A stretch of DNA of 64,000 bases from an uncultured Eubacteriales bacterium (GTDB lineage: Bacteria; Acidobacteriota; Aminicenantia; Aminicenantales; Saccharicenantaceae). The stretch is taken from assembly GCA_964652895.1 (NCBI GenBank), contig CAZZCH010000003.1:6526-70525 (forward strand), in the 5' to 3' direction. The notes beneath the pieces were generated by a model. It was not told the origin of the DNA. It was given only the letters and a program-made list of their open reading frames with translations, and did no database searches. Position numbers and translations under genes: made by a program. Shown piece by piece: positions 7,886 through 17,692 of the stretch; the first letter of the stretch is position 1; every line of letters starts with the position of its first letter.

Positions 7886-9094
7886 ATGATAATACGGAAG
7901 ATGCGCTTCATCGTTCCCGTTCTCCTGCTCCTGGCCATCTCGGCCGAGGGAGGCGTCGTTTACCTCTCTTTCAACCAGCACTCCACCCAGAACCTGTTCC
8001 AAACGAGAAACGCCGTAGCGGACCAGATCTCGGCGTTTTCGCTCTCCATCAACCAGGACTTTTCGGCGGTCTCGTTGCTCGCCGGCCTGCAGTACTCCGC
8101 CTTTCGCGAAATGTCCGGATTGAGCTCCTTCGGAGCGGACATCGGCCTGGATTATCTCAAACCCACCGGGGCGAAGAGTGCTTTTTACTTCGCCGCGGGC
8201 GGTTCCGGATTGTTCTATCGGCAGACCTATGAAGCCTTCAGCGCCCTGGGAGCCAACCTTCTGGCAGCCTTCAAGACCTACCTGGCGCCCTCTTCCATCT
8301 TGAAGCTCCAGGGACAGGGCGCTTACGCGGCCTACAAGGACTCCCTGTTCGATTTCGTGAGCACGACGGCCTCCCTTTCAATCGATAAATATTTCGCAAC
8401 CAGAACCACTTTTAAGGCGGACGCGGAATGGGGATACAAATATTTCCTCCATCCCTTCCTGCCGGAGCCGGTCGCGATAATCGCCGCGCCAGCCGGCATG
8501 GGAGCGGGAACGGGGAGCGGTTCCGGCCAGGGCTGGGGAGGCGCTGATTACCAGGGCGGCAACGGCTTCATTCCGCGCACTAACAGCGAGGGCGGCGGCG
8601 CAGGAATCGGCCATGTCTCCCTCTCCGTTCTCGCAGCCCAAGGCCTCGGAGACGTGGCCGGGCTGAGCGTGTCCGCCTTGAGGCAATGGATCGTGACGGG
8701 CGAAAACCCGTTCCTTTCGATCGAGGAATTCTACCTTGTGCAGAACCCCAGTTCGGACGCCTTCTCCTGGGACGGGAGCCAGTTCAACGGCCGGCTCACC
8801 TTGAACCTCCCCTGGAGCGTCGAGATCAAGGCCGGCTACACCTACGCCGACAAGACGTTCCCCGGAGTCGAAAGCCTGAGCCTTGAAGGAGAGCCGCTGG
8901 GGATCGTCCGGAACGACCTCCGGCATCTCGTCGAGGCCCGCGTCGAGAAGAACTTCCGCCGGGTCACGGTTTTCCTGGCCTTCTCGCGGGTCGACAATCG
9001 CTCGAGCGACCCGCTATTCGATTGGAAGGGCCATTACATCATGGGCGGGTTCGAGTGGAACCTGCCGACCGGCCGGAAGGGAGGCATCTCATGA
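7886..9094 (+). CDS. predicted outer-membrane beta-barrel protein, function unknown
   Basis: This is the internal ATG of ORF 7766..9094, placed after the terminator. The signal peptide is MIIRKMRFIVPVLLLLAISAEG. The sequence shows amphipathic alternating strands rich in Y/F/G/A and a G/S-rich loop. The C-terminal strand GGFEWNL is aromatic. Confidence 0.5.
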   Translation: MIIRKMRFIVPVLLLLAISAEGGVVYLSFNQHSTQNLFQTRNAVADQISAFSLSINQDFSAVSLLAGLQYSAFREMSGLSSFGADIGLDYLKPTGAKSAFYFAAGGSGLFYRQTYEAFSALGANLLAAFKTYLAPSSILKLQGQGAYAAYKDSLFDFVSTTASLSIDKYFATRTTFKADAEWGYKYFLHPFLPEPVAIIAAPAGMGAGTGSGSGQGWGGADYQGGNGFIPRTNSEGGGAGIGHVSLSVLAAQGLGDVAGLSVSALRQWIVTGENPFLSIEEFYLVQNPSSDAFSWDGSQFNGRLTLNLPWSVEIKAGYTYADKTFPGVESLSLEGEPLGIVRNDLRHLVEARVEKNFRRVTVFLAFSRVDNRSSDPLFDWKGHYIMGGFEWNLPTGRKGGIS

Positions 9095-9525
9095 ATAACA
9101 GAATCGCCCTCATTCCCATTCTCGCGGTGCTCTTCGCCGGCCCAGCGGCCGGGCAGACGGCCGAGCATTTCTACAACGTCGACAAAGAGATCCGGCTCGA
9201 AGGGACGGTCCGGGAGATCGCCCTCGAGCCCCGCTACAAGGGGACAGCCCCCTTTCTCGTCCTCCGTGTCGAGGCTTCCGCGGAGAAGAAAATGTACAAA
9301 GTCGAAGTCAGCCCATCCTGGTTCTTCGGCCAGGACATCCACGGCGGCGAGAAAGTGAAGATCGTAGGGTCCCTCTCCGAAGCCCGGGAAGACCTCCCGA
9401 CGGTCATGGCCCGGGAGCTCCAGCTCCGGGGCGAAACGTTCACGCTCCGGGACAAGCGGGGATTCCCCAGCTGGCAAGGCGGCCCCCGACATAAGCGCGG
9501 GATACGGAGGTTCTGCGGCAATTGA
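9091..9525 (+). CDS. small periplasmic protein, function unknown (OB-like, resembles MamS/MamX-type domain pattern)
   Basis: The start forms an ATGA overlap with the upstream stop. The signal peptide is MNNRIALIPILAVLFAGPAAGQ. The core is LEGTVREIALEPRYKGTAPFLVLRVEA...VEVSPSWFFGQDIHGGEKVKIVGS. Confidence 0.5.
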   Translation: MNNRIALIPILAVLFAGPAAGQTAEHFYNVDKEIRLEGTVREIALEPRYKGTAPFLVLRVEASAEKKMYKVEVSPSWFFGQDIHGGEKVKIVGSLSEAREDLPTVMARELQLRGETFTLRDKRGFPSWQGGPRHKRGIRRFCGN

Positions 9526-10763
9526 AGCGTCGGAACGTATTTCTTTTCTTCCTCCTTCCCTTCCTTGGAGTGTTCTTCTTTTTCTCCCTGGCCTCCTTCC
9601 TCGGCCAGGCCGATTTGAAGAGGCGGACGGAGGTCCTGGTCCGCGGCCAGCTCCGGGCCACGGCGGACATTCTCAGGGTGACGGTCTCCCATCTTCTCGA
9701 CGAGGGCGTGTCCCCCGGCGGGATCCTCGACATCGTCCTCACGGAAGAAGACATCTATTTCATCGCCCTCCTCGACGGGGAAAACAACGTCCTGGCCTGG
9801 AATTCCCGCTATGAAGGCTACTTGCCCATCTCTCTCCGGGAGGCCCGGGCCGAACGATCCGAGATCATCGACTCCCCGGCCGGGAAGATCTTCAACACGT
9901 TCACGGCCGTCCCGCGCCGGGACGGAAGCCGTTATTACATCTACCTGGGATACGCCCTGGCCGGGATGGAAGAGATGATCGCCTTGTCCCGGCGGACCTC
10001 CTTCTTTCTCTCCGGACTCATCCTGCTCGCCGGCGCGCTCTTTTTCCGGGGCCTGTTCCAGCTCCAATCCGGCTACATGGCCAAGGCCCGGGAGGCCGAG
10101 GCCGAACGATTGGAGAAGGAGAGGTTCCGGGAAATCTCGGCCTTCACCTCGGGCATAGCCCACGAGATCAAGAACCCGCTGAACAGCCTGTCCCTGCTCT
10201 TCGAACTGCTTCTCCATAAAACCCCCCCGGAAGAGAAGGAAAGCCTGGAACTCGGGAAGAACCAGGTCCAGGCGATCGCCCGCATCGTCGACCGATTCTC
10301 GAGCGCGGTCAGGCCTGTCCGGCCTGTTTCCTCGATGCTCGTCTTGGACGACGTCCTGCGCCGCGCCGCGGCAAGCCTCGCCGCGGAGGACCCGGAAATT
10401 ACGACCCGTCTTCACATCGAAGCGGAGCCCGGCGTTCGACTGGCGGGCGACGCCGAGCTGCTGTCACTGGCCTTGCTCAACATCCTAAAAAACGCCGTGG
10501 AAGCGTCGTCGTCCACTCCCGTCCGGGTGGAAGGCCGCCGGACGAAAAAAAAGATCGAGATCCTGGTCCGGGACGAAGGACCGGGCATCCCGCCGGAGGC
10601 CGTCGCCCGGGTCTTCGAACCCTTCTTCACGACAAAAGAGAAGGGCACGGGGATCGGTCTCTTTCTGGCCAAAAAAATCGTCGAAGCTCATGGCGGAACG
10701 ATCGAGGTCCGGAGCCGGGCAGGCAAGGGGAGCGAATTCCGGATCGAGCTTCCAGGAGCGTGA
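9522..10763 (+). CDS. sensor histidine kinase (NtrB/AtoS/ZraS-like)
   Basis: The TTG start forms a TTGA overlap, with GGAGG 11 nt upstream. There are two TM helices around a periplasmic domain. The H-box is FTSGIAHEIKNPLNSL, and the N and G boxes are NILKNAVEA, DEGPGIP and GTGIGL. Confidence 0.9.
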   Translation: MKRRNVFLFFLLPFLGVFFFFSLASFLGQADLKRRTEVLVRGQLRATADILRVTVSHLLDEGVSPGGILDIVLTEEDIYFIALLDGENNVLAWNSRYEGYLPISLREARAERSEIIDSPAGKIFNTFTAVPRRDGSRYYIYLGYALAGMEEMIALSRRTSFFLSGLILLAGALFFRGLFQLQSGYMAKAREAEAERLEKERFREISAFTSGIAHEIKNPLNSLSLLFELLLHKTPPEEKESLELGKNQVQAIARIVDRFSSAVRPVRPVSSMLVLDDVLRRAAASLAAEDPEITTRLHIEAEPGVRLAGDAELLSLALLNILKNAVEASSSTPVRVEGRRTKKKIEILVRDEGPGIPPEAVARVFEPFFTTKEKGTGIGLFLAKKIVEAHGGTIEVRSRAGKGSEFRIELPGA

Positions 10764-10764
10764 G

Positions 10765-12156
10765 ATGAACGAACCTCTTATCCTGGTCGTCGAAGACGAC
10801 CCGGTCCAGCGCAAGCTCATCCGGGAAAATCTGGAGGCGCGCGGTTTCCCGGTCATCGAGGCGTCGTCCCGGAAGGAGGCCCTGGAGGCCGTCGTCCGGA
10901 ATCCGGTCGCCGTGGCCGTCGTCGATTACCGGCTGGGCGAAGAAACGGGTGTCGACGCCATCAAGGACATGCTGGCCGGGAACCCCCTCGTGACCCCGGT
11001 CATGGTCACGGCTTACGGGAACATCGAGCGGGCCGTGGAGGCCGTCCGGGCCGGCGCCTACGATTATATCGTCAAGCCGCTGGATTTCGAGAAGTTCCTC
11101 ATCATCCTCGAGCGCGCCCTGGAGCGGCAGAAGCTCAAAAAAGAGATCTCTCTTCTCCAGGAACGGCTCGACGAGCGCTTCAGCGCCAGGAACTTCGTCT
11201 TCGCCTCTCCTCCGATGGAGGAGGTCGCCCACCTCATTGTCAACGCGGCCCGGAGCGAAGCCACGGTCCTTGTCTCCGGCGAGACGGGCACGGGCAAGGA
11301 CCTCGTCGCCAGGACGATCCACCAATCTTCGCCGCGGAAAAAGGGTCCCTTTGTTCCCTTGAACGTCCCTTCGTTCCCCGAAACCCTGATCGAATCGGAG
11401 CTCTTCGGCGCCGAAAAGGGGGCCTTTACGGGCGCCCACGAGCGGAAGATCGGGAAGTTCGAGGCGGCCTCCGGAGGCACACTTTTTCTCGACGAAATAG
11501 GAGACCTTGCCCCCCAGGCGCAGGTCAAGCTCCTCCGTTTCCTCCAGGACCGGGAGTTCTACCGGCTGGGCTCGAACCAGGCCCTCAGGGCCGACGTCCG
11601 GATCATCGCCGCGACCAACCACGACCTCGGTACCCTGATGAAAGAAGGCAGGTTCCGGGCCGACCTCTTCTACCGGCTCAATGTCATCGCCATCACCGTC
11701 CCGCCGCTCCGTCAAAGGAAGGAGGACATTCCCCTCCTAGCGGACTTCTTCGTGAAGAAGTACGGCGAACGGGAGGGGAAAAAAATCCAAGGAATCACCC
11801 GGGAAGCCTTGAATGTCCTCGTGAATTACTCCTTTCCCGGCAACGTCCGGGAGCTCGAGAACGTCATCGAACGGGCCGTCGTCTTCGCCGAAAGGGACGT
11901 CCTCGGGGCGGCCGACTTGCCCCTCGTCCTCAAGGAGACGGCCGAGGACGATCCGGGAGACGCCGATGCTTCGCTCCTCGACAAGGTCCACCGGCTCGAG
12001 ACCCGGGAGATCAGGCGCGCCCTGCGAGAAAGCGGTGGAGTCAAGAGCCGAGCCGCCAAGTTCCTGGGCATCACCGAGCGGATGCTCAGCTACAAGATGA
12101 AGACGTACGACATCGACGCCGGGGCCGGCAGCCGCGGCGGGCCCGGGAAAAGCTAG
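10765..12156 (+). CDS. sigma-54-dependent response regulator (NtrC family enhancer-binding protein)
   Basis: The product has a receiver domain (ILVVEDDP...VAVAVVDYRL), an AAA+ domain with Walker A GETGTGKD and the GAFTGA loop (EKGAFTGA), and a C-terminal Fis-type HTH (SRAAKFLGITERMLSYKMK). The start is 1 nt after the kinase stop. Confidence 0.95.
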   Translation: MNEPLILVVEDDPVQRKLIRENLEARGFPVIEASSRKEALEAVVRNPVAVAVVDYRLGEETGVDAIKDMLAGNPLVTPVMVTAYGNIERAVEAVRAGAYDYIVKPLDFEKFLIILERALERQKLKKEISLLQERLDERFSARNFVFASPPMEEVAHLIVNAARSEATVLVSGETGTGKDLVARTIHQSSPRKKGPFVPLNVPSFPETLIESELFGAEKGAFTGAHERKIGKFEAASGGTLFLDEIGDLAPQAQVKLLRFLQDREFYRLGSNQALRADVRIIAATNHDLGTLMKEGRFRADLFYRLNVIAITVPPLRQRKEDIPLLADFFVKKYGEREGKKIQGITREALNVLVNYSFPGNVRELENVIERAVVFAERDVLGAADLPLVLKETAEDDPGDADASLLDKVHRLETREIRRALRESGGVKSRAAKFLGITERMLSYKMKTYDIDAGAGSRGGPGKS

Positions 12157-14069
12157 CCGATCTTGACCTTCGTCCGGGCGACGCCGCCGCGCGTCGAGAG
12201 GATGGCGACGTCAACCTCGCCGACCGTTCCCGGCTTGATCTTGACCTTCCAGCGGACCTCTTTCTTCTCGTTCTGCTTGAGGAAGCCGATGTCCTGGCGC
12301 CCCCTCACGCCGACGAGCTCGGCACCCGCGGGGAGGCGGACCTCCGCGGTGTCGGGCCGGACGATCTTGACCCGGTCGGCCATCTTGAGGGCCGTGGGCA
12401 GGAATCCTTCGTTGGTGAAAACAGCGACGACCTCGAACGTGTCGGCTTCCTTTTTGACCGGCTTGATATCGGCGGAGACGATCTTCACCTGGGGCAGGGA
12501 CTTGGCCATGAAGAGGTTGAATAGGGCCTCTTTCCTGATCCACTCCTCGAGGATCTCGACGGGCGGATTCTGGCGCCAGTACTTTGGATTGAAGCCGCCG
12601 ATCTCGACCTCGCCGAGCGTCGGGTGGATGAACTTCGTCCAGGGCTTAAAATAGCGGCCGCCGAGCTCCTCATCGATATAACGGAGGTTCTCGAGATCGG
12701 TGACGCGGCCGTCGCCATCGTAGTCCTTGACCCGGCCGCCGTTCCACAGCTCGTCGCCGTACCAGACGGCGCCGTAATAGAGATAGCCGAAGTCCGGCGA
12801 ATGGCCGAAGAGCGGGGAACCTTGGGGTTCGCGCGGTATCTCGAAGCCCATCTGGGCGGCCCGGGTCCGCATGTCGCGGTCGCCCCGGCCCAGATTGGCG
12901 TAGTCCCAGTACGTGTCGCCGGCGTTCGGGTAGCCGGTGATCTTTTTCCCCTGCTCGTCGAAGTACTGGTAGATCTTCATGTCCTCGGGGAACATGGATT
13001 CGCTCATGCGGCTCGTCGACGGACCGTGGAGCAGCATGGGCACGCTCGTGTCCATGGTCTGGACGATGCTGATGTTGGGGTGCTCGAGGAGGAACAGGAA
13101 GACCGCCCGCGTCTCGGTCTCCGAGAGCGGGTACTCGCCCGACCCGCCCTGCGTCCAGCCGCGACCGGTCAGGTCCAGGCCGGGCATGGGACGCCAGTTC
13201 TCCGGGTAGTTGCGGTGAAGATCCAGGCCGCCGATGCCGTCCTCGTTGGTCCGTCCATCGCCGTCATTGTCAAGGCCCTCGGTCGAAACGACGTAGTCGC
13301 CCTTGCCGTCGGTGGCCCGTTTCATCAGCCGGCCCGACGGATCGTCGGGGTCGAGGATCATCGTGCCCTTGCCGGGCTCGACCTTCTTGCGGACCTGAAG
13401 GATGAAGCCGTCGCCGTCGAGGTCCTCGGCCGGGTCTTCGTCGAGGAGGCCGTCCCTGTCGTCGTCGTACGGGCGGACCGTGCTGCGGTTCGACTGGGCC
13501 GTGTTGAGGTAGAGCTCGGAACCGTCGGGGTCGTTCTCGACCCTGACGTAGATGGCCTTGGTATCGACAAGCCGGGTGATCTCGGGGTCCTGCCCGTACG
13601 AGGAGAGGATATGCCAAGCGAACCAGAGGGCCGACTCGGCCGCCGTCACTTCGCCGGAATGCCGGTTCCCTTCGATGAACATGGCCGGCTTGTCGGTATC
13701 CTTGCCGGTGGACTTGTTGGTGATCGTGATCTGCCAGATGTCCCGCCCCTCGAACGACTTGCCCACGGAATAAAGGTCGACCATGTTCGCGTATTCGGAC
13801 GCCCATTTCCTGAGGAAGGAATTGACTTCGTCGTAGGTGTGATAGTGGACGAAGTCCAGCACGCCGGCGACCTTGGGCCGGGTAAAGGGCGTGTCGACCC
13901 TCGGGAAAAAGCTGATCCCATGCCGGGTACCGCCGACCGTATACATCTTCGTCGGCTTCGACTCCTGAGAACCCCGTCCCCGAGGCCCCGGTTCCTGGGC
14001 CATGGCGACGATGATGACGGTCGCGGCGACGGCCGCGGCCAGGCCAAGTTTCAAGACGGGTTTATTCAT
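12153..14069 (-). CDS. M14-family zinc carboxypeptidase, secreted
   Basis: The internal ATG at 14069 has GAGGAGG upstream. The signal peptide is MNKPVLKLGLAAAVAATVIIVAMAQE. The M14 core is HYHTYDEVNSFL...GRDIWQITI...FIEGNRHSGEVTAAE, and there are DxDxDG inserts. Confidence 0.85.
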   Translation of the reverse strand: MNKPVLKLGLAAAVAATVIIVAMAQEPGPRGRGSQESKPTKMYTVGGTRHGISFFPRVDTPFTRPKVAGVLDFVHYHTYDEVNSFLRKWASEYANMVDLYSVGKSFEGRDIWQITITNKSTGKDTDKPAMFIEGNRHSGEVTAAESALWFAWHILSSYGQDPEITRLVDTKAIYVRVENDPDGSELYLNTAQSNRSTVRPYDDDRDGLLDEDPAEDLDGDGFILQVRKKVEPGKGTMILDPDDPSGRLMKRATDGKGDYVVSTEGLDNDGDGRTNEDGIGGLDLHRNYPENWRPMPGLDLTGRGWTQGGSGEYPLSETETRAVFLFLLEHPNISIVQTMDTSVPMLLHGPSTSRMSESMFPEDMKIYQYFDEQGKKITGYPNAGDTYWDYANLGRGDRDMRTRAAQMGFEIPREPQGSPLFGHSPDFGYLYYGAVWYGDELWNGGRVKDYDGDGRVTDLENLRYIDEELGGRYFKPWTKFIHPTLGEVEIGGFNPKYWRQNPPVEILEEWIRKEALFNLFMAKSLPQVKIVSADIKPVKKEADTFEVVAVFTNEGFLPTALKMADRVKIVRPDTAEVRLPAGAELVGVRGRQDIGFLKQNEKKEVRWKVKIKPGTVGEVDVAILSTRGGVARTKVKIG

Positions 14070-14097
14070 GTGACCTCCTCGCGAGCGTGTTAAGTGG

Positions 14098-14126
14098 AGG
14101 ATATTCGGAATGCGCAGCCAAGTCAA
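14098..14126 (-). promoter_or_regulatory. sigma-70-type promoter candidate for the M14 peptidase gene
   Basis: The minus strand reads TTGACT, a 17-nt spacer, then TATCCT, about 30 nt upstream of the start codon. Confidence 0.35.
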
Positions 14127-14159
14127 CCCGTGGCGATGCCTGCGGGTCCTCTGGGGCGT

Positions 14160-14639
14160 TCAGCCAGAAAAGCGGAGGAGGGCGACGGCGTAGCAGGCGA
14201 TGGCCCGCTTCTCGCCGACCGGCCCCAGGCCTTCGTTGGTCTTGGCTTTGATGCCCAAGCCGGCCGCGGGGATCCCGAGGACGGGACAAAGGACCGCCTT
14301 CATCGCCGGGATGTGCGGGCCCATTTTCGGCTCTTCGGAAACGATGACCGAATCCACGTTGACGATCTCGGCGCCGCGCTGCCGCAGGAGCCCAACGACG
14401 TCCCCAAGGAGGCCCACGCTCCGCGCCCCTTTGAAAAGGGGGTCGGTGTCCGGAAAGCGGCCGCCGATGTCGCCCTCTCCGAGGGCCCCAAGGAGGGCGT
14501 CGATGACGGAGTGGACGAGGGCGTCGCCGTCGGAGTGGCCGGCGAGCCCCGCGCGGAAGGGAATGTCGACGCCGCCGAGGACGAGCTTGCGCCCGGCTTC
14601 CAGCCGATGGATGTCGTAGCCGAAACCTATCTTATGCAT
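14160..14639 (-). CDS. ispF: 2-C-methyl-D-erythritol 2,4-cyclodiphosphate synthase
   Basis: The sequence is IGFGYDIHRLEAGRKLVLGGVDIPF..GHSDGDALVHSVIDALLGA, over the typical length of 159 aa. Confidence 0.95.
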   Translation of the reverse strand: MHKIGFGYDIHRLEAGRKLVLGGVDIPFRAGLAGHSDGDALVHSVIDALLGALGEGDIGGRFPDTDPLFKGARSVGLLGDVVGLLRQRGAEIVNVDSVIVSEEPKMGPHIPAMKAVLCPVLGIPAAGLGIKAKTNEGLGPVGEKRAIACYAVALLRFSG

Positions 14640-15297
14640 CGAGCAGCCCCTCCGCGATTTTCAGGTCGACCGGGGTGGTGATCTTGATATTGCGCGGGTC
14701 CCCCTCGACCGCCGTCACCGGGATGCCCGCCCGCTCGGCGAGCATCGCCTCGTCCGTGCCGTAGAACCGGTCCCGGCGGGCCTGGACCAGGGCTTTCTTC
14801 AGCACGGCGTAAAGGAATCCTTGGGGAGTCTGGGACCGGGCAAGGAAGGTCCTGTCAACCGTGCCGACGATACGGCCGTCACGGACCTCTTTGACGGTCT
14901 CTTCGAGCGGCAGGACGGGCACGGCCGCTCCGGCGGCGCGGGCCGCGGCGATGACCCGGCTGACGAGACCGGCGCTCACGAGCGGTCGGGCCCCGTCGTG
15001 GATCAGAACGACATCCGCCGTCGCGGCATCGAGAAGGCGGAACCCCTGCCAGACCGAGTCCTGGCGCCTCTCGCCGCCGCGGACGATATCGACGATCTTG
15101 GGGTAGCGCATCCGGTAGTGCTTCAGGTCCTTCTCATCGGGGAGGACGAGGGCGACGGCGTCCACCTCGCCGTGGGCCTGGAACGCTTCGAGCGTCCATT
15201 CGAGGACGGGTTTGCCCCGCAGGTAGGCGAACTGCTTCTTCTCGCCGAAGCGCTTGCCGGCCCCGGCCGCGACGACGATGGCCGACGCCCGGCTCAC
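14632..15297 (-). CDS. ispD: 2-C-methyl-D-erythritol 4-phosphate cytidylyltransferase
   Basis: This is the C-terminal 221 aa of ORF 14632..15948. The GTG start at 15297 forms a GTGA overlap with the upstream stop. The motif [13 protein letters not shown] is present. The upstream part of the ORF is R/P/G-rich junk. Confidence 0.9.
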   Translation of the reverse strand: MSRASAIVVAAGAGKRFGEKKQFAYLRGKPVLEWTLEAFQAHGEVDAVALVLPDEKDLKHYRMRYPKIVDIVRGGERRQDSVWQGFRLLDAATADVVLIHDGARPLVSAGLVSRVIAAARAAGAAVPVLPLEETVKEVRDGRIVGTVDRTFLARSQTPQGFLYAVLKKALVQARRDRFYGTDEAMLAERAGIPVTAVEGDPRNIKITTPVDLKIAEGLLDA

Positions 15298-16283
15298 TTC
15301 GACTCTCCGTTGAAGCGGCCGAAGATCATCTTCCCGACCGTCGTCTGGAGGACGGAGGTGACGGTGATGTCGACCGTCTGGCCGATCATCCGCCGCGAGT
15401 TGTCGACCACGACCATGGTGCCGTCGTCGAGGTAAGCGACGCCCTGTTCCTTTTCCTTGCCCTCTTTGAGGATGAACACGCTCATGGCTTCGCCCGGCAG
15501 GACCACCGGCCGGAGGGAATTGACGACCTCGTTGATGTTGAGGACCTTGATGCCCTGGATGCGGGCGACCTTGTTCAGATTGTAGTCGTTGGTGACGATC
15601 TTGGCGCCCATGGACCTGGCGCATTCGATGAGCTTGGAGTCGACGTCGGGGGTCTCGGGGAAATCCAGGTCGGAGATGATCACCTCCACCTGGGAGGATT
15701 TCTGGAGACGGTCGATGACGTCGAGGCCGCGCCGGCCACGCTGCCTCTTCAGCCCGTCCGCGGAGTCGGCCACGAACTGGAGCTCCTTGAGGACGAACTG
15801 GGGGACGACGAGCGCGCCCTCGATGAACCCGGTGTCGCAGAGGTCGGCGATGCGCCCGTCGATGATGACGCTCGTGTCGAGGATCTTGAAGCTGCGGCCG
15901 ATCCGTTTCTCCTTGAACAGCCCGATGAGGTGGGCCGGGTCGAGCCACTCCGGCTTCCGCGTCCCGACGAGGAGCCCGATATAGGGCATGATGGCCAGGA
16001 AGAAGATGCGGATGAAGGTGGCCATCTCCCGCGTATGGACGATGGACTGGTAGATCGCACCGAGCATCCAGCCGAGGAGGATGCCGGCGAGCAGGCCCAT
16101 GCCGGCGCTCCAGATAACCCGGAACTGGGCTTTCCGTATCCGGGTCTCCAGGAACATCATCAGGGCGCCCAATACGAAGGCCGCGGCGGCCCCGTAGGCG
16201 CCGTTGAGCTTGAAGGGCGGATAGAAATAGCCGCCGATCGTGATCAATCCGATGATGAAGAAGCGGAAAATGAAAAGGCCCAT
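15294..16283 (-). CDS. yacL: PIN/TRAM domain membrane protein (YacL-like)
   Basis: The product has four N-terminal TM helices, a PIN domain ([15 protein letters not shown]) and a C-terminal TRAM domain ([18 protein letters not shown]). The radA-yacL-ispD-ispF synteny is present. Confidence 0.8.
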   Translation of the reverse strand: MGLFIFRFFIIGLITIGGYFYPPFKLNGAYGAAAAFVLGALMMFLETRIRKAQFRVIWSAGMGLLAGILLGWMLGAIYQSIVHTREMATFIRIFFLAIMPYIGLLVGTRKPEWLDPAHLIGLFKEKRIGRSFKILDTSVIIDGRIADLCDTGFIEGALVVPQFVLKELQFVADSADGLKRQRGRRGLDVIDRLQKSSQVEVIISDLDFPETPDVDSKLIECARSMGAKIVTNDYNLNKVARIQGIKVLNINEVVNSLRPVVLPGEAMSVFILKEGKEKEQGVAYLDDGTMVVVDNSRRMIGQTVDITVTSVLQTTVGKMIFGRFNGESK

Positions 16284-16319
16284 CGGTTCTTTCCTTATCT
16301 ATTTAAGATATCAAAGAGA

Positions 16320-17678
16320 TCAGAAAACATGGTCGAGGGCCTGGCGGACGGTCTTCACCCCCACGCACTGGATCGCCGGCAGGTCTTGTTTGTCCAGCGC
16401 GGCCAGGTTGCCGGCCGGGAGGAGGACGGTCCCGAAACCCAGGGAATGGGCCTCCTTGATCCGGACCAACGGCTGGTTGACGGAGCGGATCTCGCCGCTG
16501 AGGCCGACCTCCCCGAAGAAGACCATATCCTGGGGCAAGGGCGCGTTCTTGAGCGAGGAGACGACCGCCATGACGACTCCCAGGTCGACGGCGGGCTCGT
16601 CGATCGACATCCCTCCGGCCACGTTGAGGTAGATGTCCTCCCCGACGAAGCTGTATCCGGCCTTCTTCTCGACCAGGGCCAGGAGCATGGCCGCCCGGTA
16701 ATGATCGAGGCCGATGGTCATGCGTCGGGGGTTCCCCGTGAAGATCGTCGAGGAGACGAGGGCCTGGATCTCCGCGAGGAGGGGACGGGTCCCCTTGACC
16801 GTGCAGACGACGGCGCTGCCGGCCTCCTCGCGCGGCCGTTCGCGGAGAAAGAAGGCCGACGGATTGAGGATGGGCTGGAGCCCCGCGGCCGTCATCTCGA
16901 AAACCGCCAGTTCCGACACGGGCCCGAACCTGTTCTTCATGGCCCGGAGGACGCGGTGGCTATGGTCCCGCTCGCCCTCGAAAAGGAGAACGACGTCGAC
17001 GATGTGCTCAAGGGACTTCGGACCGGCCAGCGTCCCGTCCTTGGTGATGTGGCCGACCAGGAAGGTCGGGACCTGCCTGTTCTTGGCGTATCGGAAGATC
17101 TGGTTGGCGGCCTCCCGGATCTGGCTGATCGTCCCCGGCCCCGAGGTCATCTTGGCCGAGAAAACAGTCTGGATGGAATCCACGATGAGGATATTGGGAG
17201 CGAGGCGCTCGGCCTGGGCCAGGATGCGCTCGAGGTTGGTCTCCGCCAGGAGGAAGAGACGTCCGTCCCGGACGCCCAGCCGGTCCCCCCTGAGCTTGAT
17301 CTGCTCCAGGGATTCCTCGCCGGAAACGTAGAGGATCGTGGCCTCCCCGGCGGCCATGTCCCGGGCCACCTGGAGGAGGAGCGTCGATTTGCCGACGCCG
17401 GGCTCGCCGCCGACAAGGACGAGAGAGCCGGAGACGAGGCCCCCGCCGAGGACCTTGTTGAAGTCCTCGATGCCGACGGTGAGCCTCTGGCGGGGGATGT
17501 CCTGGACGTCCTTATAGAGAACGGGCTCGGTCGGGGCGTAGCTGATGACGCCGGAAGGGGCTTCGTCCTCGATCTCTTCGACGAGGGTATTCCACTCGCC
17601 GCAGGCGTGACAGCGGCCCATCCACTTCGGCGAGCGGGCGCCGCAGCTCTGGCAGATGAAAACAGTCTTGTCCTTCAT
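16320..17678 (-). CDS. radA: DNA repair protein RadA/Sms
   Basis: An internal ATG was chosen. The zinc finger is FICQSCGARSPKWMGRCHACGEWNT, Walker A is GGEPGVGKST, the KNRFG motif is present, and there is a Lon-like C-terminal domain. Confidence 0.95.
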   Translation of the reverse strand: MKDKTVFICQSCGARSPKWMGRCHACGEWNTLVEEIEDEAPSGVISYAPTEPVLYKDVQDIPRQRLTVGIEDFNKVLGGGLVSGSLVLVGGEPGVGKSTLLLQVARDMAAGEATILYVSGEESLEQIKLRGDRLGVRDGRLFLLAETNLERILAQAERLAPNILIVDSIQTVFSAKMTSGPGTISQIREAANQIFRYAKNRQVPTFLVGHITKDGTLAGPKSLEHIVDVVLLFEGERDHSHRVLRAMKNRFGPVSELAVFEMTAAGLQPILNPSAFFLRERPREEAGSAVVCTVKGTRPLLAEIQALVSSTIFTGNPRRMTIGLDHYRAAMLLALVEKKAGYSFVGEDIYLNVAGGMSIDEPAVDLGVVMAVVSSLKNAPLPQDMVFFGEVGLSGEIRSVNQPLVRIKEAHSLGFGTVLLPAGNLAALDKQDLPAIQCVGVKTVRQALDHVF

Positions 17679-17692
17679 CGCCGCCCCATCGT

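Noticed and set aside
10627-14093. Antisense ORFs 10627..11715 (362 aa) and 12624..14093 (489 aa)
   Set aside because: They lie opposite the sigma-54 activator and the M14 peptidase. Both are R/D/G/E/P/V-rich shadow ORFs.
15298-15948. Long N-terminal extension of the ispD ORF; similar extensions occur on radA (17679-18131), ispE (23544-24149) and polA (49885-50265)
   Set aside because: The extensions are R/P/G/H-rich and overlap the real upstream genes in other frames. They also precede conserved N-termini that have their own start codons or coupling overlaps.
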